From the NCBI GenBank assembly GCA_028278025.1, contig JANQFE010000024.1:11128-75127 (forward strand): a stretch of DNA of 64,000 bases. The letters run 5' to 3'. This stretch comes from Thermodesulfobacteriota bacterium (GTDB lineage: Bacteria > Desulfobacterota > WTBG01 > CAIYCZ01 > CAIRTM01). The position numbers and the translations under genes are program-made. The first letter of the stretch is position 1. Each line of letters begins with the position of its first letter. This document shows positions 28,833 to 38,869 of this stretch, one piece after another. The notes beneath the pieces are model-generated. The model was not told the DNA's origin, made no database searches, and saw nothing but the letters and a program-made list of their open reading frames with translations.

Positions 28833-28937
28833 GGCCGGAGTTCCTCAGGATGTTTGTATTAAAAAGCACCAAAAAAATTACAAAACTATAACACTATAGA
28901 GTAATTTTTCAAGGAAAAACAGGCTGGAATAAAAGCA

Positions 28938-29160
28938 AACAACAGTTTGGTGAACTGTAAACAGTACTTAGTGATTCGTGAACTGTATTTTGTACTCTAT
29001 TAGTCTTTTGACCTTTTTTTGCCAGTACTCAGTACTTTTCTTTCAGCTTGACAGCCATCAGCTGTGTTTAGTGTTTGGTCTTTAGTCTCAACATAGATAA
29101 TGTAACTTTAGGCATTTTAGCTCGCTTTAATGTACTTTAGGCACTTTCTTTACCTACTCA
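28938..29160. repeat. AT-rich repeat-containing 5' region (family B: aacagtacttagtgattcgt...; actttaggcactttctttacct)
   Basis: A 17-mer, aacagtacttagtgatt, is identical at 37402. A 21-mer, ctttaggcactttctttacct, is identical at 49768. Related gtgattcgtaa motifs occur at 21450 and 47112. Confidence 0.5.
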
Positions 29161-29169
29161 GCACTGTTT

Positions 29170-31113
29170 TTAGTTTATCAAATCACCAATCGCCGGGGCT
29201 TCCCCCTCGCCAAGTTTGCCCTTTTTACCAAGATGCTCGGCTGCATCCGCAAGGCCGATCTCTTCCAGCCGCTTGCGGGTGGGCCGGCCGTCACGGGAAC
29301 AGCCCCGGTAATGATAATACTCATCAAGCATGCCCGGGTGGTGAATCGGGTCTTCATCTCCCCGTCTGGTACCATGTCGGATGTCATCCTTTCTGGTAAT
29401 CCCCAGCAGCGCATTGAAACACTTTTCAATCTGGTAGGCCCGCTCGACTGACTCAAACAGTCCGGCAGGATCTTTACCGGTTGCCGCCTGATAGATTTCT
29501 CCCATTTCATCAAATAGCAGATGCGGGTCACCGAAAACATCGCTGGCCACTACCGGCACAAAACAGAGTCCCAGAGAATCCATCAACATCTTGTAGTTCT
29601 CGCTCCACCAAACAACCCGGCCTTTGGCGACCGGACTTGCATGATCAAGCATTTCCGGTGGAATCCCCTTGCCGAATATTTTCTCAAGCATCTCTTCCAG
29701 ACCGATCATGGCAGCAAATGGATGGCCTTTGAGGTGGTCGGCACCCCGGGTTGCTACTGATGAAGCCAAGCTCATGGCCACGGCCTGTGTACAGTTGTAG
29801 GTAAAGGACATTCCCTTGGTGTGAAACCCGTACGGTTCGGCCTCAGGGCTCAGCTGCGCCAGGATATCCGGCATACTTTCAGCCAGAAGGTTGCCGAAGC
29901 CCTGCCGGGCAGCCACCTGATGCATCACCCGGGCAATCATCTCTGCATCACCCCAGTTCAGGGGCACTCCGCCTGTTTCTTCAGTTGTTAAAATACCGCG
30001 TTGAAAGCACTCCATGGCCATGGCCATTATCCAGCCGAACTGAACACAGTCCATTCCCAGGCGGTTAACCACATCAGACAGATGGACAAGGGCCGGAAAA
30101 TCAAAGACTCCCAGCAGCGGTCCCATGTTTGTATAGTGACCGAACTCCAGTTTGTCGGAAGACTCTCCTGTGTAGGGCCCCTCGGGCACCTCCCATTTCT
30201 GCGTGCAGGCCATAGGACATTTGTAACAGGCTGTTTGTCCGGTCTTGTAGGTTTTTACAATATCATCAATGTCATAGCATTCAAGCTGTTCCGGTGTTAT
30301 TCTGACCTGCTGGTTTTTAATGCGCGTCTGCGAGCTGTTCTGCGCTATGAGCATTAATGACCCGTATTCCTTATGGGCAAACACGGCCTGGCCCTGCCCC
30401 CAGATTTTACGGTACCGTTTTGCCAGCACCTCAAACTGTTCGGTATCGGCCACCGGGACCGTACCCCTTGCTTTTACTATAACGGCCTTCAAGTTCTTGG
30501 AGCCCATAACGCAGCCCATACCTGCTTTACCGTTGCAGCTTATCCTCTTAGTACCGGATATGATATTGGCATACTTAACCAGGTTCTCCCCGGCCGGGCC
30601 GATACGGGCCGATTCACAATCACCGTATTTCTTCCGGATATCCTCACCTGTCTGGTAGGTGTCTCGTCCCCACAAATCGGCTGCATCAACCAGTTCCGGT
30701 TTTTTACCCTTTTCAATAAGCAGTGCAACAGGTTTCGCGGCACGGCCCTGTATGATTATGTGGTCATAGCCTGCCTGCTTAACCCGCGCCGGGAACCATC
30801 CTCCGCCGTTAGAATCGCCGAAGATGCCTGTCAGCGGGCTTTTGGCGGTAACCGTAAAACGGGAAGTACAGGGAAATGCTGTTCCCGTTAAGATACCAAA
30901 TCCAAAGATCAGGGGACTCTGGGGCGAAAGCGGATCTGCCTGCGGGTTACCGGCCATCAGGTCATATAACAGCCTGGCATTGATCCCGGCCCCGCCAATA
31001 TAGTGCTGCATGAGTTTATCAGGGAGGGCTTCCTCCTGTAGGGTTTCCTTTGAAAGGTCTACCTTCAGGAGGTTGCCTCTCCACCCGTATCTCAGAGATG
31101 GGTCGGTTTGCAT
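29170..31113 (-). CDS. aor: Aldehyde:ferredoxin oxidoreductase (tungsten/pterin AOR family)
   Basis: N-terminal YGWRGNLLKVDLS, AOR_N and AFOR_C hallmarks, Cys ligands for the 4Fe-4S cluster; AAGGAG ribosome-binding site. Confidence 0.88.
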   Translation of the reverse strand: MQTDPSLRYGWRGNLLKVDLSKETLQEEALPDKLMQHYIGGAGINARLLYDLMAGNPQADPLSPQSPLIFGFGILTGTAFPCTSRFTVTAKSPLTGIFGDSNGGGWFPARVKQAGYDHIIIQGRAAKPVALLIEKGKKPELVDAADLWGRDTYQTGEDIRKKYGDCESARIGPAGENLVKYANIISGTKRISCNGKAGMGCVMGSKNLKAVIVKARGTVPVADTEQFEVLAKRYRKIWGQGQAVFAHKEYGSLMLIAQNSSQTRIKNQQVRITPEQLECYDIDDIVKTYKTGQTACYKCPMACTQKWEVPEGPYTGESSDKLEFGHYTNMGPLLGVFDFPALVHLSDVVNRLGMDCVQFGWIMAMAMECFQRGILTTEETGGVPLNWGDAEMIARVMHQVAARQGFGNLLAESMPDILAQLSPEAEPYGFHTKGMSFTYNCTQAVAMSLASSVATRGADHLKGHPFAAMIGLEEMLEKIFGKGIPPEMLDHASPVAKGRVVWWSENYKMLMDSLGLCFVPVVASDVFGDPHLLFDEMGEIYQAATGKDPAGLFESVERAYQIEKCFNALLGITRKDDIRHGTRRGDEDPIHHPGMLDEYYHYRGCSRDGRPTRKRLEEIGLADAAEHLGKKGKLGEGEAPAIGDLIN

Positions 31114-31186
31114 GTGCTGCTCCTTTCCTCACTGTATGCCGTGTTGCCCGGCGTTAAACTGCATTTTACGTAGGACAATAAATATA

Positions 31187-31202
31187 TAGTTGTATAGGCA
31201 AC
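31187..31202. promoter_or_regulatory. Second copy of the MarR-type operator upstream of aor
   Basis: ATATATAGTTGTATAGGCAACTA matches the marR promoter box in ~17 of 20 positions. Confidence 0.4.
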
Positions 31203-31289
31203 TAATCTGAATCAATTATTATCCCTACCCATAGGGGAGCTTGAAATCTCCGATTCATCCATCTATGACTACAAACCTTTATGCTCTTT

Positions 31290-31420
31290 TCTTGATGGTT
31301 TTTCCGGGTCCCATTACAACGCAGCCGAGTGCAGGGATTTCAGGCGTGTCGGGACAAGTTGCAGGGTGCCTTTTCTTTCGTTGTTTTTCTTTGGAACACG
31401 CAAAGAAAAAGTAAATTTTA
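31290..31420. repeat. Composite hairpin repeat (family D): modules cccattacaacgcagccgagtgcag / caagttgcagggtgcctttcttt / ttttctttgg-N-caaagaaaag
   Basis: The same three modules recur at 59860..60052. The terminal hairpin module also occurs at 27543..27580. Confidence 0.55.
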
Positions 31421-31445
31421 AGTATAATCCCTGTGCTGCTGATAT

Positions 31446-31892
31446 CTATTGTTTTTGCATATTCCCGTAAATAGTAAAAAGCACTTCTCTGCAGATATCC
31501 AAATGTTCGCTGCTTACTCCCTGCTGTGCTTCCGTCTGGGCGCTGAGTGCCAGCGGCTTAAGCTGCTTTAGCAGTTTACGCCCCTTTGCATGCAGGCTGA
31601 TCCGTTTCTGCCGACGGTCAATCGTATCAGGCATACGGTTCACCAGCCCGTGCTTTTCAAGACCGTCAATCAGGCGGGCTACGGTTGTTTTATCCTTATA
31701 GGTATTCTCGGCAAGCTGCTGCTGGGTTTGACCGTTACGGCTCCGCAGGTTGACAAGCAACAGCCACTGCTCTACCGAAATAGTATAGCCCGCTTGTGCA
31801 AAACTTTTTTGCAGTCGGTTAAGAATAGCCCGTGATGTCCTGCCCAGCAGCATTCCCAGCGAATGCCTCAAATCGCTGTCATTACGGTACAT
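31446..31892 (-). CDS. MarR family transcriptional regulator
   Basis: Winged-helix MarR signature (QQQLAENTYKDKTTVARLIDGLEKHGLVNRMPDTIDRR). A palindromic operator overlaps the alternative upstream ATG, so the downstream ATG at 31892 is preferred. Confidence 0.75.
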   Translation of the reverse strand: MYRNDSDLRHSLGMLLGRTSRAILNRLQKSFAQAGYTISVEQWLLLVNLRSRNGQTQQQLAENTYKDKTTVARLIDGLEKHGLVNRMPDTIDRRQKRISLHAKGRKLLKQLKPLALSAQTEAQQGVSSEHLDICREVLFTIYGNMQKQ

Positions 31893-31910
31893 GCTATTTA
31901 GTTTAAATTT

Positions 31911-31927
31911 TGGTTGTATATACAACT
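31911..31927. promoter_or_regulatory. Perfect palindrome GTTGTATATACAAC (putative MarR autoregulatory operator)
   Basis: 14-bp perfect palindrome in the marR promoter. A near-copy AGTTGTATAGGCAACT lies at 31187..31202 in the AOR promoter region. Confidence 0.45.
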
Positions 31928-32213
31928 AATATAGTTAATTACGGGTCGCCTGTCAAGGGCTTATATGCAAAAAGACCTAGCCAGGTAATGTTCTGTTCGG
32001 TGTGGTTGCTAATGAGGTTACAGCAAATGAAAACCCGGAAAAACAAACTATTGTGAAGAAATGCTGAGAAGGGTCTTAAAACTACTCACAACAATAATCA
32101 AATTACAATCACTTGTGCAATTATTTTTTTCAAATAATATGCACAGTGCCGCAGGTATCAGCCGGTAAACCCGCAGTTTGAAGCAGTGGGGGCAAAGCCC
32201 CCACCGCCAAGCA

Positions 32214-33614
32214 TTATAGGGCTCTTAAGAATGCTACCAGAGCCTTTTTTTCATCCTCAGTGAGTTTAAGTTTTTGAATTAAGTTAAAAAATTCAATCGT
32301 GTCTTCCAGTGTCAGCAGCCTGCCGTCATGCAGGTAAGGCGGGGAATCCTTTATGCCGCGCAGCGGGAATGTTTTGATCGGTCCGTCTGCGGATGCCATC
32401 CTGCCGTTTATCATCTGGGGTTTATAGAACCGTTCGGTTTTCAAATTATGCATCATATTATCTGTATAATAAGGCGCCGGATGACAAACCATGCACTTTG
32501 CCTTGCCAAGAAAAAGCGCTTCGCCCTGTTTTTCCAGCTGGGTAGCTTTTGCTTTGTCCAGTTTTCCGTAAATATTCAGTTTGGGTGCAGGTGGGAAATC
32601 TAATATATTTTGGAACTCACCCATAAAATGGGCCTGGCTGCCCCGTTCAAGGACGTTGACGCCTTTTTTGGTGGCAATAACCGGGTCACCGTCAAAATAG
32701 GCCGCCCGCTGCTCAAATTCAGTAAAATCTTCAACAGATTTCAATCCGCGCTGGGAGCCAAACAACCTCTGAATGTTGACACCCCGCAGGCTGGGAGTAT
32801 CAATACGATGTCGAAATTTCTGGGGGCGTATGTCACCGACAAGATGGGTAGCCGCATTTGTATGTCCATTTACATGACAGTCAAAGCAGGTGACTCCCAG
32901 GCTCGGCTTTGCAGAACGCCGGTCTTCGGTTGCGTTAAACTGCTGCTGTGGAAACGGTGTCAGCAGCAGCCGGAGACCTTCAAGCTGTTTGGGATTCAGG
33001 ATACCGTTAAAAAGCTCAAAAAAGTTATCAGTCGTAACCACCTTACCCTGGGAAACGTCACCGAGGTCCGGTCGTGTTGTCAGGTAAATGGGCGGTGGAA
33101 AGTCCGGCAGCAGGTGATCGGGCAAATCAAAATCCAGGTCAAACCGTGTCAGATCGCGACCGGTCTGCTTTTTTATTTCCTGAATATGAAATACGGGGAA
33201 GACCATGCCGCCTTCAGAATGATGGGGGTGCGGTAGCGGCATGAATCCTTGCGGGAATAGCCCTTTTTGTCGAATCTCTTCCGGGCTCATGTTCCCCAGC
33301 TCCTGCCAGGTGATGCCTTTGGGCAGCTTGGCCCGGACACCCTCCTGGACAGGCTTACCCCCCGACATGGTAACATCTTTTGCCGGCCTGTTGCTGAGAT
33401 CATAGCGCTGATCCAGCAGTTTCTCCTGCCGTTTCATGACGTCACTTTTTTCGTCCTTCATTACGGCCATGGATTCTGAAAAGGGTTTCGTGATAACCAC
33501 GGGGGCATAGCTGCTTGCTGCCTTCTCAGCACCACAAGCAATGCCCGGTGCGGCCGCAGTAATAAGTACTGTACATACCAGAAAGACTCCTATCAATGGG
33601 CGTTTACGCTTCAT
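32214..33614 (-). CDS. Di-heme c-type cytochrome, cytochrome c peroxidase-like
   Basis: Signal peptide; two CxxCH motifs (CFDCH, CMVCH); AAGGAG ribosome-binding site before the ATG at 33614. Confidence 0.6.
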   Translation of the reverse strand: MKRKRPLIGVFLVCTVLITAAAPGIACGAEKAASSYAPVVITKPFSESMAVMKDEKSDVMKRQEKLLDQRYDLSNRPAKDVTMSGGKPVQEGVRAKLPKGITWQELGNMSPEEIRQKGLFPQGFMPLPHPHHSEGGMVFPVFHIQEIKKQTGRDLTRFDLDFDLPDHLLPDFPPPIYLTTRPDLGDVSQGKVVTTDNFFELFNGILNPKQLEGLRLLLTPFPQQQFNATEDRRSAKPSLGVTCFDCHVNGHTNAATHLVGDIRPQKFRHRIDTPSLRGVNIQRLFGSQRGLKSVEDFTEFEQRAAYFDGDPVIATKKGVNVLERGSQAHFMGEFQNILDFPPAPKLNIYGKLDKAKATQLEKQGEALFLGKAKCMVCHPAPYYTDNMMHNLKTERFYKPQMINGRMASADGPIKTFPLRGIKDSPPYLHDGRLLTLEDTIEFFNLIQKLKLTEDEKKALVAFLRAL

Positions 33615-34185
33615 CACCTATTCTCCTTTCTCTTACAGATTATTATACGGTTTTGTTGCTTCCCTATTCCTTATGATCCATCACCTCCTCTCTTAATCTG
33701 ACATTTGCATACTAAAACACGACACAGCGGACCGGTGTGCATCCGCCCTGAAAGAACAAGTCCGCACAGAGGCACTGTGCCGCTGTATGGTTTTTATGAA
33801 AACGATAAAAAGAATGTATTCATGTACCCCGTTTGCATGTATATCCTAGGTAGTCTGGTACTAACCGACAATCAAAACTGTGGATCAGAGGCTGGGCGCG
33901 TACCTGTTTGGGCGGCAAGGGCAGTGCGAGCCTCAGCCTGAACTATACTAATAGTCGTTCCAGCGAGCATGTTGCCCGCAGCAATCAAGCAGGGGCGCGC
34001 CCAGCTTACACCCAATGTTACTTGTCCAGAAGTACCAGAATGAATTTGAATGCAAGAACCCGCCAGAGCCTTTTTTGTTGCGCAGGTGGAAGCATCTGCA
34101 CGTCATAGGGCTTTTAATCACGTCTTCCTATTTATTAGTTATAAAAACTAAATAGTAGTAATTACTATTTTACAACCAAAAAAAT

Positions 34186-34623
34186 TTAGCTCTTTTTCCG
34201 GCATTGTTTGCAAATCCCCTCCAGGACGACCCGCTTCCCAAGCACGGTAAACCGGCTTTGAATATCTTGTGGAATTTTTACACTGTCATAATACCTGCTG
34301 TATACATCTATGATAGTGTTACAGCGTATGCATCTGAAATGATGGTGCTGTTTCAAATTAGGATCAAAACGCTTGGGGTCACCATGGCCCTCTACAACCT
34401 TGAGCAGGCCGATTGCAGAAAAGGTCAGCAGCGTCCTGTTTACTGTATCAAAGGACATGCTGGGAAACTTCCCTTTTATCTTCTTGAATATTTTATCTGC
34501 CGAAGGGTGGTCGGTCGTGTGGCATATGGCCTCATATATTGCAATACGCTGGGGGGTCAGCTTCAGGCCATGTTCTACACATTTTTCTCGCAATATTTCG
34601 ACGGCAGCGCGCTGGGTGTTCAT
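34186..34623 (-). CDS. Fur family transcriptional regulator (possibly PerR-type)
   Basis: HTH (KLTPQRIAIYEAI), HHHFxCxxC and CxxC metal-site motifs; adjacent to the peroxidase. Confidence 0.85.
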   Translation of the reverse strand: MNTQRAAVEILREKCVEHGLKLTPQRIAIYEAICHTTDHPSADKIFKKIKGKFPSMSFDTVNRTLLTFSAIGLLKVVEGHGDPKRFDPNLKQHHHFRCIRCNTIIDVYSRYYDSVKIPQDIQSRFTVLGKRVVLEGICKQCRKKS

Positions 34624-34790
34624 ATCTATTATTATATAGGATTAATTCTTAATTGCAAGGATTTTTTACTAAATGTTTTTTGACCAGCTTCAAGACTGTA
34701 ACGAATAAGGCCGGAAGCTACGATGCCGTTCGCTTTCTAATCCCCTCCCCTTGGCAGTGCTTGGCGGGATATGTTCTGGCCGTCCGGGGT

Positions 34791-34991
34791 CTATGTGTAG
34801 CGTCTGCGCAACCGGTCGAGCTTGTGCTGCCGCCGGGCCGCCTCCGTCTGTTTGCGCTTTTTTTTGACGCTGGGCTTTTCGTGGAATTTGCGCTGCTTGA
34901 GCTCTTTTTGCAGCCCATCCCTTTGAACCTTCCTTTTCAAAATCCTCAGTGCCTTATCTATATCACCGTCAACCTTTACAGAAATACTCAT
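34791..34991 (-). CDS. rpsU: 30S ribosomal protein S21
   Basis: MSISVKV...DKALRILKRKVQRDG...KPSVKKKRK: the S21 family pattern. Confidence 0.85.
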   Translation of the reverse strand: MSISVKVDGDIDKALRILKRKVQRDGLQKELKQRKFHEKPSVKKKRKQTEAARRQHKLDRLRRRYT

Positions 34992-35064
34992 ATAACCCCT
35001 TTCTAAAAGTACTGCTGCCCTGCACAGTATCTTAAACGTTCTATATCATCTGAAGACGCCTTTT

Positions 35065-36117
35065 TCAATGTGCCCCTTGACTATATTCTACCCTGGCTGT
35101 CTGCCGCAGTTTTTTCAAATAGTGCACAAAGGCCTTCTGTTCTTTTTGCTGCTTTAAATAAACCGTAATATCATCTTGAGCCTCTTTTACTGACAGCGCA
35201 CGGGCCTCCTGACGGTCGGTCACTTTAATTAAGTGAAAGCCCAGCTGCGTTTCCACAATAGAACTAACCTCTCCCGCCTTGAGGCTGAATGCCGATTCCT
35301 CAAAGGGCTTCACCATGTTGCCCCTGGGGAAAAACCCCAGGTCACCACCGCTGGATTTGCTGGGACATTGTGAGTTCTCACGGACCAGCTGGGCAAAGTC
35401 GGCGCCTTTTTGAACCTGAGCGCGCAGATCGGCAAGCTTTTTGCGCTTTTGTTTCCTGCTCTGCTGAGACTCATCCGGGGAAATCCTGAGCAGAATATGG
35501 CTTGCGCGAACCTGTTCCGGACTGTTAAAAATATCCATGTTTTCGTTATAGAAGCTCTTAATCTCTTCACCTGTTACCACGACAGGGCCATCCAGGTTTT
35601 TTTCCAGGAGCTTTTCAATTATAAGATCTTCCGCAACCCGGTCTTTCAGATCCTGTCTGGACAGCCCCTGCTCTGACAATTGCTGCTCAAACTGCTCCGG
35701 AGAACTAAAGCGGCCGACAATCTTGTCGACTCCGGTATCTATTTCTGCTGCCGACAGATCGATATTTTCTTGTTCGGCTATTTGCAGCAGCAGCGTTCTG
35801 TTGATGAGATTCTCAAGCGCCTGTTCCTGCACAACCTGCCTGAACTGATCCACTTGCTGCGGCTGCACGTTGTCCCGGTATTGCATCATTAGGTTATTAA
35901 TTTCGCGCTCAACCTCTGCAGTACTGATAACAGCACCGTTAACGCTGGCAGCCATGGTTGCTGCTGTGCCGGTTTTTGCTTTGCCTGCAACTGCCTGCAG
36001 ACTGCTTTCATTCCGGGCAGTCTGCAAAGGGGCTGCCGGAAGCCGTGTGTCAGGCAGCAAACTGCACATCATCAGCAGGCCTGCCGGTAAAAAGCATCGT
36101 ACCAAAACCCTCTGCAT
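35065..36117 (-). CDS. Periplasmic peptidyl-prolyl cis-trans isomerase (SurA/PpiD-like parvulin)
   Basis: Signal peptide after MQRVLVR; SurA N-domain; PpiC rotamase domain (SHILL...GGDLGFFPRGNMVKPFEESAF...GFHLIKV). Confidence 0.8.
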   Translation of the reverse strand: MQRVLVRCFLPAGLLMMCSLLPDTRLPAAPLQTARNESSLQAVAGKAKTGTAATMAASVNGAVISTAEVEREINNLMMQYRDNVQPQQVDQFRQVVQEQALENLINRTLLLQIAEQENIDLSAAEIDTGVDKIVGRFSSPEQFEQQLSEQGLSRQDLKDRVAEDLIIEKLLEKNLDGPVVVTGEEIKSFYNENMDIFNSPEQVRASHILLRISPDESQQSRKQKRKKLADLRAQVQKGADFAQLVRENSQCPSKSSGGDLGFFPRGNMVKPFEESAFSLKAGEVSSIVETQLGFHLIKVTDRQEARALSVKEAQDDITVYLKQQKEQKAFVHYLKKLRQTARVEYSQGAH

Positions 36118-36151
36118 ATTATGCTCCGGGAAAAATCTGCTTGTCAGCCTG

Positions 36152-36451
36152 TCACCTGAGATGTCTCTTAAACTCCTCCGCTGTTTGTGCCAGACTTTCC
36201 AGCTCGGGAATGGCCTTGGCCTGTTCGAGCATCCCGGCATCATTAATCAGCTGCTTCACACAAAAGCCAAACGTTGATATTAAAACCTTATCCCGTTCCT
36301 TATCACTGCCATCCGCCAGTTTGGGAATGTCTTCCCAACTGCAGCGTTTCCCGAACTCGTTTTTAAAGTGTGTAATAATCTTTTCCATCCGCTTTACGGC
36401 TGCTGTGCTTAGTGTTTCCTGGGGAAACATCTCCCCTGCATCAGTACTCAT
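36152..36451 (-). CDS. Hypothetical small acidic protein
   Basis: Intact ORF between same-strand genes with an AAGGAAA ribosome-binding site; no recognisable motif. Confidence 0.4.
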   Translation of the reverse strand: MSTDAGEMFPQETLSTAAVKRMEKIITHFKNEFGKRCSWEDIPKLADGSDKERDKVLISTFGFCVKQLINDAGMLEQAKAIPELESLAQTAEEFKRHLR

Positions 36452-36579
36452 GCTGCTGTTTCCTTGAGATATTGATCATTATTACGTAATAGTGCCTGTT
36501 TTACACAGTGTGACTTCCCTGATCCGTTTGTACCATGCCATTTTTTATTTTGCGCACTGCCGACACCTCGCTGCGGCAG

Positions 36580-37086
36580 TTATTCCCCGCAACTGCCGCA
36601 GCCGCTATCTCTGCAGCCCGCGTCCGGGGCACAGCCGCATTGCTCGTCGGGCTCAAGACCGGTTTCACAAATTTCTATATCAAATACGAGTGTCTTCCCG
36701 GCCAGGAAATGGTTCAGATCAAGCTTGATGGAATCATTACCCAGCTCTGTAATGGTTGCCGGAAGGGGATTGCCGTTCTGGTCGGTTAGCTGCACCGCCA
36801 TACCCACCTGCAGTTCCATCCCCTCGGGAACATTAGCTCTGGGCATATCAACCATGCGGTCTGCCAGATGCGGCCCGTAACCCTCTTCGGGTGTGATGGT
36901 CACTGTTTTCTTATCACCCACGATCATACCGACAGCCGCGTTGTCAAATCCCGGGATAAGCTGGCCCGCGCCGACAGTGAATTTGAGTGGTGATTGACCC
37001 TCGGATGAGTCAAACACATCTCCATTCTCCAGTTTGCCGGTATAGTGCACACTGATAGTATCGCCGGCTTTAATTGGTTCAGACAT
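36580..37086 (-). CDS. slyD: FKBP-type peptidyl-prolyl isomerase SlyD with a Cys/Gly-rich metal-binding tail
   Basis: GDTISVHYTGKLENGDVFDSS..., inserted flap domain, C-terminal CGCAPDAGCRDSGCGSCGE; AAGGAG ribosome-binding site. Confidence 0.85.
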   Translation of the reverse strand: MSEPIKAGDTISVHYTGKLENGDVFDSSEGQSPLKFTVGAGQLIPGFDNAAVGMIVGDKKTVTITPEEGYGPHLADRMVDMPRANVPEGMELQVGMAVQLTDQNGNPLPATITELGNDSIKLDLNHFLAGKTLVFDIEICETGLEPDEQCGCAPDAGCRDSGCGSCGE

Positions 37087-37375
37087 AATGCTATTTCTCC
37101 TTTAGCTGCTAATATGGATTTTTCTTCACAGCCGCGCATTTCAAACCGCAACAGCGCTACGGTCTTTTCAATCAAAACACCCTCTTCGTAGAGCATCCCC
37201 TGTTCTACAAACCTGGCAGCCGTTTCGGTGCGAAGGGGTGAAGTGTGATTTTAGAAAGGCACTTAATGACTGGCCCCTTGTTGTACAGACATATTAAGTA
37301 TAAGATAAACTAATTGATAAGTCAATGAGGTTTAGCAGTCAGATATACAGACAAAGAGGCTAATTTTATCAGCTA

Positions 37376-37545
37376 TTATTTAGTATTTGGTAAATTGTTA
37401 ACAGTACTTAGTGATTGGTTAATAGTTAATAGAGAACAGTGAGCTGTTAACAGTATTGAGTACTAAGCACTATTTTTTTGCTTATAAGCTTATCAGTTTA
37501 ATAGCCATTAGCTATGTTTAGTGGTTAAGCGCTCTAAAAAACCCG
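37376..37545. repeat. AT-rich repeat-containing intergenic region (family B)
   Basis: ttaacagtacttagtgattggttaatagttaatagagaacagtgagctgttaacagtattgagtactaag has internal direct and inverted repeats and shares a 17-mer with 28952. Confidence 0.5.
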
Positions 37546-37592
37546 TATCACGCTTTACGTTCTGTATCCAATATCCAGAAACATGCAACGAG

Positions 37593-38543
37593 TTACGGCT
37601 TTGCACCTGAAAAAAATCGCCGGGGATTCTCCTGCAGCACTGTCTGAATATGTTCATCAGCGGCACCGCCCTGTTTGAGCAGGGGGATAACCCGCTCGAA
37701 AAAGTTTGCAGGATGCCAGTTCTTATAGGGACCGGTACCGATTTTGGGTCCGCCTACCCAGTACCAGACCGAATCGTGGGAAACCATGAGGTGTGCGGCG
37801 CAGCCGGCTTCAATCAGCTTAAGCAGCGTGGCTGCGCGTACTTCATCGGACATACCGGGCATACCGAAACGGTCAAAGCCCAGATAGGAACCGCCCTGAA
37901 CGATGCCCATATGGTAGGCAAAATCGGTAGAGATACAGCTATGCCCGATCATAATACGGTGGGCCGGCACACCTGCGCTGCACAGTATCTGCTGCTGTTT
38001 GTCTCCAAGAATTCCTTCGGTATGGGTAATGATTGGTGCTCCGGTTTCCACCGAGGCTTTGGCCGCAGCCAGCAGCAACTCATGTTCAGCCTCACTGATC
38101 ACCGGCTGTCCGGTGACTACCTTAATGACAGCGGCTTTTACCCCGGTATCATTAATCCCCTCGGTAAGTTCCTTGATAAACAGAGCGGCTACCGCATCAG
38201 GGCTGTTGCCCAGGCGCTCGCGCACTTGTAAGTAGGTAGCTGTACTGTAAATGCCCGTAGCACAAAGAATATTATATCCTGTTTTTGTCGCAATCTCAAC
38301 CATCAGGGGAACGTTCCGGCCAAGATCAACAGTAGTGGGATCTACCAGGCTCTTTACTCCAAACCGGCTGATTTTTGAGACGTACTCGCAGCAGACAGAC
38401 ACAATCTCATCACGTTGGGGTCCGGGTTTGAGCATGTCGGCACCAGGCCCGCCGTACTGTACAAACACGTGCTCATGCATAAGCGTTCGACCGAGCTGAT
38501 CGGCCGTGATGGGTCCGGCAACAGTATTAACGGCATCATTCAT
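37593..38543 (-). CDS. Phosphotriesterase-family (PTE/Php) metal-dependent hydrolase
   Basis: GRTLMHEHV HxH motif, TIM-barrel amidohydrolase pattern; GGAGGAG ribosome-binding site before the ATG at 38543. Confidence 0.8.
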   Translation of the reverse strand: MNDAVNTVAGPITADQLGRTLMHEHVFVQYGGPGADMLKPGPQRDEIVSVCCEYVSKISRFGVKSLVDPTTVDLGRNVPLMVEIATKTGYNILCATGIYSTATYLQVRERLGNSPDAVAALFIKELTEGINDTGVKAAVIKVVTGQPVISEAEHELLLAAAKASVETGAPIITHTEGILGDKQQQILCSAGVPAHRIMIGHSCISTDFAYHMGIVQGGSYLGFDRFGMPGMSDEVRAATLLKLIEAGCAAHLMVSHDSVWYWVGGPKIGTGPYKNWHPANFFERVIPLLKQGGAADEHIQTVLQENPRRFFSGAKP

Positions 38544-38869
38544 ACAAATCTCCTCCAATATACCCGATAGGCTTTACATTGACAGAGCAAACCATATCAA
38601 AAGCTGTACTCTATAGCATACCTTCACTATGTTTGCTTTACTTATTTCACCATTGTTTATACCACTGTACAGATTAACGCAAAAAATATCAGTTTTTTTT
38701 CATTAATAGCAATGTATTTTCAAAGAATTTTACAATCTTTCACAACAGTAAGAACCCAGCTGGCTATATGCCGTGTCAGCTGTTTAGTTTTTTGTAGGAC
38801 TTGACCCGAATAAATTAATGCTTATTTTGTTAGTGAGGGAAATAAAAAACCCGTTAAGGAGGTAAAAAA

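Noticed and set aside
34204-34683. 159-aa plus-strand ORF
   Set aside because: Antisense to the Fur-family regulator gene, which has clear HTH and metal-site motifs.
36152-36243. Upstream extension of the SurA-like gene to 36243 (392-aa version in the ORF track)
   Set aside because: The extension precedes the signal peptide and has no RBS. The start at MQRVLVR (36117), which begins the signal peptide, is preferred.
38559-38869. Possible sigma-32/heat-shock or CIRCE promoter upstream of hsp20
   Set aside because: cttgacccgaataaattaatgcttatttt loosely resembles a -35/-10 pair, but no CIRCE inverted repeat (TTAGCACTC-N9-GAGTGCTAA) is present and the spacing is not convincing enough to annotate.
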